From positions 310,001 to 371,967 of the forward strand of contig CT868653.1 in the NCBI GenBank assembly GCA_000165425.1: a stretch of DNA of 61,967 nucleotides, read 5' to 3'. The DNA is from Paramecium tetraurelia (Eukaryota). Made by a program: the position numbers and the translations under genes. The notes under the pieces were generated by a model. That model did not search any database, had not been told where the DNA came from, and saw only the letters and a list, made by a program, of their open reading frames with translations. Positions 53,064-61,967 of the stretch are shown here, piece after piece; the first letter of the stretch is position 1, and every line of letters begins with the position of its first letter.

Positions 53064-54309
53064 ATGGGATAGTTGTAATGCACTCAAGTAGAAAAACAGC
53101 CTAGTATTATAAATAGACTAGAATTGGATTGTGAAAAACAAGTAAATAATAAGCAAGATGACAGAGCGAATTCTTTTTCTTATGTTCATGCTATTGGGCT
53201 CTATTTAAATGTTGGAAATAATCCTAAACTGGATGAAATATGGGAAAATAAACTTAATTCATTTAAAGTGTATGATGAACCTCCTAGAACCTAATCCAGT
53301 TACAGAAATTCTCTTACCAAACCTAGGAATATCGAATAGTTTTTTGCGGAATGTCCATTAATAACCTAGGATTTTGAATATTATATGTTCGTATTTTTCA
53401 TCTAGGAGAAATAAGAATTTAAGTGCTATGGATTGATTGGTCTTCCACAAAAGTACAGATGGGCATATTGGAAGGTTATCACATTATAAAAGGATATCAT
53501 GCACAAAAAGATGGATAATCAAATAACTAATGCATTATATCATATATAGAAAGACATAAATAGAACATTAATTAGCGAATTGTTCAAAGAAGGTTCTGTA
53601 ATAGAGAAATTGGATTATGTTCTCACCAATTTAGCTCGTTTATGTCCTCAAGTAGGATATTGTTAGGGCATGAACTACATAGCAGGTATTTGATTCATTA
53701 CTATATAAAATAGCTTTGTTTTTGATGGTCTCAGGTGCCAAAGAATAAGAAACTGTTTGCGTTTTTGGTTAACTACTTGATTCTTCTTTCTACATGTTCA
53801 ATCTACTATTTAAGGAGGATCTCCCATTGCTCTTCATTATAGAAGAAATCATTATGAAATTGATGTAAAAGTAAATGCCGAAGGTGTATAACCATTTTAC
53901 AACTTGTAATATTTCCCCTTCGATTTGGATCAGTAAGATTTTGTTGAGTGGATTTGTATACCTGTTTGATTTATTGGACTGTGTTTTGTTGTGGGATTAC
54001 ATTTTTATCAAGGGCACTGTTCTAGGATACACAGATCTGATATTGGCAATGGTTACTATCTTTTAAGATCAGTTATTGACTAAAGATGAGGCAGAACTTT
54101 CAATATTTTTTAATTTTCAGGATTAAAAAGTAAAATGTGCAGAGAAGATCATTAAACAAGCCTTAAAAAAACCAATTTAAGAGAAGGAAATCAGAGAGAT
54201 CATGAAAAAAACAAATAAAAAATTAGAATTAGTTGAATTATTTAAGTTGTTTGGCAAAGATGAATTTGAGCAACAGTATAAGAAATACTCCAAAGTGATT
54301 AAAAAGTGA
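53064..54309 (+). CDS. TBC-domain Rab GTPase-activating protein
   Basis: GLPQKYRWAYW, IQKDINRT, VGYCQGMNYIA, LLWDYIF. Confidence 0.88.
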
Positions 54310-54392
54310 ATTAAGTTTATATATATATAGTTTTGTTAATTGTCTTAGAATAAAATAATAATTAAATTTATGTAATATAAATAATATAAAGA

Positions 54393-55580
54393 ATGTAGAT
54401 TATGTTAGAGTTCTTTATCGTAATTCTAAATTGATTATTTAAAAAAGAAGTATGGAATTTAAGAATAAATAGGTATTATAATGCCTTTCATTTCTATTTC
54501 GCCAAACCGATATCAGAAATATTGGCCAATTTGCAAATTGATCATGTTATTTTATTTAAGGATTTGTTGTACTTCAATGATGATAACGACTATTTAACAA
54601 AATGTTACGATAAATTGGACTAGAAATAAATAATGAGCAAACTTTAATTCAAGGTACTATAGCGTATAATCAATCAATTGTGTCTCAGATTCCAATACCC
54701 AATTTGTTAATCGTGACAGCACATCAAATTCTATAGAAGCGAAACAATAAACTGCAAAAATTACAAAAATAACCTGTTCACAATGTGGCAGCCACCAATA
54801 AATATCAAATTTTATTCAATACCACTTAAAATATTGAGTATTTCTGTTATTTTTAATAGTTTATCATCTGAAATTGAAGAATATGAAAATAGATTAATAA
54901 GTTGGGAAACTTCAGAGCATAATATTTACTCTACTTCTAACGTGTCTAATAATTAGATTAAACCAATTACACAAAGACTATAGAGTATTCTTAATAAATC
55001 CAATTCCGTTCATTAGTTACATTATTAATAAAATGATAAGGATATTTCTATGGTATTCAGAGATATTAACAAATTCACTAATCGATAACTAATGAAAATA
55101 TCACCTAAACAGATGGTTAATAAAAAGAGTGTTAAAAATAATGGAAAATCCAAAAATTAATCTAAAAATACAAATGTGATCGTTCCTAAACTAAGAATTC
55201 CCAAAATCATTGATAACAAAGTCAATTTTCAATAACTGTTGAACCAATATGATTAGATTATGTAATAGAGATATTGTTAAACTGAAAGACAATCGAAAAG
55301 TGACAAATAATAAACAAATAAAGGGCAATTATATGTATGTTATTTTTATTTAACCCTTTTATAGAACAAATAGTAATAATCAATTTATTCTGTACCAAGT
55401 TCTTCTAATTTTCCAGGAAAAGGATTAAGTACATGTTCTGCTTCACTCTTATTGAAGTCACTGTCAAAAATGTCTATGGACAAGTCCCCAATGACATCAA
55501 GAAGATTAGAAATAAAGTAGAATCTTACAAATTTGATAAAATAACAGGAAAGAGATATGGGATTTTATACCTAAAGATGA
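54393..55580 (+). CDS. Hypothetical ciliate protein
   Basis: YYNAFHFYFAKPISEILANLQIDHVILFKD N-terminal region, low-complexity tail, tiny introns. Confidence 0.6.
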
Positions 55581-56152
55581 CAATAATTTATTTAACTTAG
55601 TTTCTTTATATAAATTTGTTGTGATGATGATATTATTGTAAAAATCATAATGGATTTGAAATTTGACCGTACTCTTTCATTATAATTAAATCTCTAGTAT
55701 TTATCCAATCTTTTCTTATTTATATAGCATTTGACATCATATTAATTTTCTAAATTTATAACACTCCGATCTTTCATCATTTCCTGTTTTAAAAGTATTT
55801 ACTTATCTTAAACTATCCATTTGTCTTTTTTTCAGTCATGCCCTCTTTCTCTTTCTTGTTAAATCCATCCTATCATCACTATATTCCTCAATATATATTC
55901 TTTAAATGACTTGAATACTACTGCAGTCCAACGTGAATATCATGAAATGTAATAATATCTCTATTGAATCCCTTAAAATTTGGTTAAATTTGTACTATTT
56001 TAATATTTGATGATTATTTATTAATTATCAAGATAGTAATTACCACATAATATATTATTTATATAAATATTGAGATGTTTAGTATGTTTAGTAGAAATAT
56101 GGCATATATCTATGACATTAATCTATTCAAAAATATCGTTAATATTCGTTTT

Positions 56153-56997
56153 TCAAAATAAAATATTCATAATCTCATTTGCAAAGTTTTAAAATATTCC
56201 ACTAACTTCATCAGCTAGTTCTTCAACATAAGATACGTAATCGTTGGAAAGTTGGAATGTTGGATAATAGAAGGATTTGCCACAAGTGACAAATGCACTA
56301 ATAGGTTTACTGCAATCACAAGTTCTAGCTTTCATGGCTTAAGTAAAGCATGTTCTGACTTCAGCTATGTAAAATTTACCAGTTGATGCTTGATTCTAGT
56401 AATAAATAATTACAATCTTTTTGACAAGTATAAGTCATAGCTGTTGAAATGCCTAAGGTTTTAGTGAAGGGAGCTCTGAATTCAGCATCAGTCAATTCTC
56501 TGCTATTGTCAGGGTAGATTCCAGCGGATGCCAATATTTTGTAGTAATTATATTGATTATTTAAATTGCCTACTTTTGACATATATCCATTCTAGGTTAA
56601 ATTATCTGGATGACATGTACCATGCTTTTCCCATTCATGTCTAGAATTATTGAAATGAATACTTTCTGAATGTGAGGGTATCAGAATACATTCCGTTCCA
56701 AGTAACATCTATCAATGTCTTGGTTGCTACTGTTAATTTAGATTCGTCATATGTTTCATCTCTGCAATTAGAGATAAATCCGCATGATGTGGCTAGCATG
56801 GTGTTGGGCCACAGACCGTGTGTGTTCCATCTTGCATTGTCGTAGTTACCCATGTAGGTTTTGGTACACTTTTAAAATTTGCATATTGATCCAGGCCATT
56901 CTTATGCAAATACATACATGTATCCCTTAATATCTTCAGTCTCCTGTGAGTGAACCATGAGGAGATGACTTAAAAATATGAGCACAAGCAACTTCAT
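56153..56997 (-). CDS. Ribonuclease T2 family, secreted
   Basis: Signal peptide, FAQEWPGSIC, CAS I WNTHGLWP, CAS II HEWEKHGTC. Confidence 0.93.
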
Positions 56998-57165
56998 ATA
57001 ATTGTTAATTTTGATAATAAATTGTAAGACAATTACTGAGGTTATAAATGTGAATATGACATCATATGAGATCTTATTATTTTAAAGTGTTTGGCTAATA
57101 TTTTATATATATATATTAGAACTCATATAATTGAAATGCATTAATAATTATTTATGTATTATTAA

Positions 57166-57684
57166 TCATGCTGTTGCTTTTTTAATGAAGGTACGTTGTG
57201 CAGCTCTCCTTATTTTTCCTGCATATCTTCCTGCAACAGTATCTGCATCCTTTACATCGGCCTTATCAAATTGATCGACTTTTGCTTCTTTTCTATCAAC
57301 AACATCTAACAAGTTGATTTCGCAAGTGTTATCTCTATAATTTATGAATAATTATCTTACGGGTTGACAAACACATATCCTCCCAAATGCAAGAAATCTC
57401 CTGTTACTCCTTTGACATCCTAAGTGAATTTAATTTTCAATGGTCCAGGGGGTAAAATATATACTGCAGCTGGAGTACGATTTTGTATGATAAGAGCAGC
57501 CTAAATGTGAGAGAGAGAGTACTTCATTGGTCTTTGCTACAATTCTAGAGAAACCATCAAACTTGTCAATGATAGTTTTATATGGAGTTCTGACTGTCAA
57601 TTCCATTTTAGCCTTTTTGGCTGCACTAAAGAAGAAGGAGTTTTTAAATGCCAATCCGATCACACCATTGGTAATACGATTCAT
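57166..57684 (-). CDS. Mitochondrial F1 ATP synthase delta subunit
   Basis: Presequence, MELTVRTPY, ILPPGPLKI, GDFLHLGGYVFVNPDNTCEINL. Confidence 0.8.
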
Positions 57685-57750
57685 AATTAATTTAATTGGA
57701 TTTTATATATATGTTCAATAATATTAGAAAGCATAAGGAAAATATTAGGA

Positions 57751-58918
<1,168 letters not shown>

Positions 58919-58967
58919 AAATCTGTATATAATGTGTTTTTATTATTTATTATATATATAATATCAT

Positions 58968-59862
58968 ATGGGCAATCAGGAAGGAATGTGTTGTCTATCC
59001 AGAGACAAGGAATATCATGTGCTGAACAATGAATTAGTTATATTTCGAGAATATTTGAATGTCAAAATAACTGTAAAATTAGGCGATATCTCGAAAGAAT
59101 CGGGAGAGAGTGTAAGTAATTAATTTAGATCTTATTTGAGTTTGCTTATATACGAATCCCGAGAAAATACCTTTGCAAGCATCTTATACACAACAAGTTT
59201 ATGACAATTTATGTAAAAGTACTATGATCACAGTACCTTTATAGTTGGTTACGAGAATGTGTACACTTAAAACCTGGAAATGAGCAACTACAAATGCATA
59301 GCGTATTATCGAGTGAGAGCATTCGAGGTATTAAATATTGGTATTTGAATAGTCAGAAAAAGATTTGTTTTAATATTATAATGGATTCAAAGAGTGGTAT
59401 TGCAATATTCATAATAATAGTTTGACACAATTAAATGATGATCAGTACAAGGACATCTTAATTTGCGATTGTCCTATTAAGTAAAGTAGATCCTTCAGTT
59501 CTGAAGTGCTCGTCAGATCAGTTATTGAGTAAGATAATATGAGATGATGATAGTTTCATTGAGGAATCCAATAATCGACTACACATTAAGAGCATTACCA
59601 TTATGAATTGTGATAAAAAGAGTGTAATATGCCATAATTTAATAAAGAGTCTCGTTTCCTCAAATATGATCTAATCAAACAAATCGAAGAGTCTAAACAA
59701 CCAGCCCTCAGGAAAGATAGACAAAATAAGTTCATGAAGTTCATAACCTCAACTAAGAGTGTCACTTCAGAAATGGGAAGACAAAACAAATGTGATTTTA
59801 GTTTGAAGGATTTTGATCTGGGAGATGAATCTAAATTAATGAATATGAAAGAAGAATAATGA
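58968..59862 (+). CDS. MG-start protein with possible degenerate macro-domain
   Basis: MGNQEGMCC; VKITVKLGDISKESGES resembles a macro-domain start; several tiny introns. Confidence 0.5.
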
Positions 59863-59908
59863 AAGATGAATTATTTAATCAATAATAAAATATATTTATA
59901 ATTGCAAT

Positions 59909-60548
59909 ATGAATAAAAAGAAAAATACAATTTCAGCTCCTACTTTACCTTAAAATAAATTATTTGCTTCCTAACTAGTCCCCCCTCCACAATAATTAAG
60001 TCCCACCAACTCAAGTTCATCCTTTATACCACCAGAGCCTAAATTTGACCCAAACGATTACATTACTGCCACAACTACAAAGAGGGATATTATTTTATAT
60101 AAAGAAATCTTTGATTTTCTAGATTCAAATAACAATGGGGTCATATAACCCATGGATCTCAGAAAGGCCTTTGCTATGGTTGGCAAATATCAACCAAAAA
60201 AACAGATCCTTTATCAAATGATTGCAGATTTCGATTCTGATCAAAGTGGTATTATTGAATTTAGGGAATTTGTAAGAATGATGTCCACACATCCTGGAGA
60301 AAAAGATACTGATGAAGATTATGCAAATGTATTCTATTAGATTGATCAGGACTATAAGGGTAATCTCGCTTTGAATTTACTTAGGCTACATCACCATTGA
60401 TGACTTAAGAGAATTGGCTTCAGAGTGCAATGAAAATCTGAATGATGAATCATTGTAAAGTATCATTTAAAGTTGTGATCCTGAAGGCAATGGAACCATT
60501 CGAGAAAAGCAATTTGTGAGATACATGAAATCATTGCAAAGAAGATGA
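59909..60548 (+). CDS. Centrin-like EF-hand protein
   Basis: KEIFDFLDSNNNGVI, DSDQSGIIEFREF, DQDYKGYITIDDL, DPEGNGTI. Confidence 0.88.
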
Positions 60549-60569
60549 TTATTATCATTATAAATTAAA

Positions 60570-61009
60570 ATGCAAAAAACACATTATAGTTCATTTAGCA
60601 TTACTTCTAATTCAATTGATACTTCATAAAACAATGCCTCCTTGAAAGGTAAGATCTCATCTTTAGAATCACTCATGTATGAAGTGGCTGATTCTGTTGA
60701 AATTCACAGAAAGGAATATCAATCATTAAAATAACTTAAAGATGAATTTGAAGCAATTTTATCCAACAAAACCGAAGATATGCTCAAAACACTTTAGAAT
60801 GAATTAATGTAATATCATTTATATCTATAAGACATTTAGATGATGAAATGAAGAGAGAAGTTGGATATCAATTAGCAGAAAATTCCAGAATACAAACTCA
60901 ATTAACACATCTCAAAGGTGAAAAAACTGCTCTGGCCATTAAATTAAATGAACTACAATTAAGAATCTGTAATCTAGAAGCACAAGTAGGCAATCATGAA
61001 TAAAATTGA
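60570..61009 (+). CDS. Small coiled-coil protein
   Basis: SLKGKISSLE...ENSRIQTQLTHLKGEKTAL...LEAQVG; one intron. Confidence 0.75.
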
Positions 61010-61967
61010 TTATTTTTATTAATTTTCAATTATCTAAGTGATTAATATCACCCTCTAATTTATACACATTTTTAAATGCACTAGTTAGAAAAGGGATATA
61101 ATTTAGACTCTATACTGTAATGATTAGTTAATTTGGGTAAAATAGACAGAATTGATTTGATTAATTGAGAGTGGCTTATTATTCGAGAACTTTATTGTCT
61201 AAAGTATTTCAATTTATCCATTTCGACATATACATCAATACTTTAATTCATTAACAATAGTTTTTCAATCAAAATTCTAAGTATATTCTATTATTTATTG
61301 TAAATCTATTATTAATTTATAATATATAATAAAGGATGAGAATTGTTGCACAATCTCTATGCACTATAATACTTCAATATTCATAATTTCCAACAGTAGA
61401 TCAATCAACAAACTACTAATTGTGTTAGATTTAAGATAAATACGAATGACCTCTTATATCTTAAATGAATATTATATCATAATATAATTGCTATTTATTG
61501 TAAATAGATAATATATAATAGGTTCAGATATATCAAGAGAGTTTAATCCTATGAACTTAAGTAATTGAATGACTATAGAAGTATTTTATGATTACCTAAT
61601 TTTGTAATAATTGTTTCTCAATTTTCAAAATGAATGGAGAGATATTGCTAAAAAAGCTGTAATAACGGCAAAAGTTAAAAATAAAAAATGTCAGATAAAT
61701 ACTAGATCTATTTCAATAATTGTAATCAACAGATTAATGGGTTATGTTGTTCTTTTTCAGAAAAATATTTCAGATTGATATAGTTTAATATATATATTAT
61801 AAAAATGATGAGAAAAACACGTTTAAGTTAGTTGATGATAAATAAAACAATAATATAATGACTTATAATTGAATTTAAACTTTTATGACTCTCTTTTTTA
61901 TTTAAGTTTTCATTTAAATTCTTAAAGTTTCGATAACTATATTATTTCTATCATTTTGATTTCGTTA

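Noticed and set aside
61010..61967. Terminal AT-rich region as a gene or subtelomere
   Set aside because: Only short interrupted frames and no telomeric repeats

Overview
AT-rich, gene-dense ciliate DNA, most likely Paramecium macronuclear sequence. TAA/TAG read as Gln and TGA is the only stop, introns are tiny (mostly about 20-36 nt, GT..AG), and intergenic spacers are often under 100 nt. The supplied standard-code ORF track therefore shows only fragments and antisense shadows. Hand translation with the ciliate code gives about 45 genes or gene remnants. Recognisable ones include a vWA/alpha-kinase, voltage-sensor adenylyl cyclase, Rad6-like E2, RNF10-like E3, two TBC Rab-GAPs, two CK1s, PP2C, HMG box, ACAD10/11, an M1 aminopeptidase, an RPA70-like multi-OB protein, p23, cathepsin C, an AGC kinase, divergent actin, truncated haemoglobin, VPS50, RNase T2, F1 delta and a centrin. 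I saw no RNA genes, telomeres, CRISPR or mobile elements. The most notable oddities are an intact 170-aa mini-Slu7, an RNF10-like frame running without a stop into the Rad6-like E2, a truncated haemoglobin with an apolar distal pocket, and an ACAD10/11 with a dead kinase domain. Several single lesions also occur (cpn10 pseudogene, a frameshift in the cyclase, a GT-TG intron in actin) and may be paralogue decay or assembly error. Family calls come from motif recognition, not database searches, and coordinates were counted by hand.
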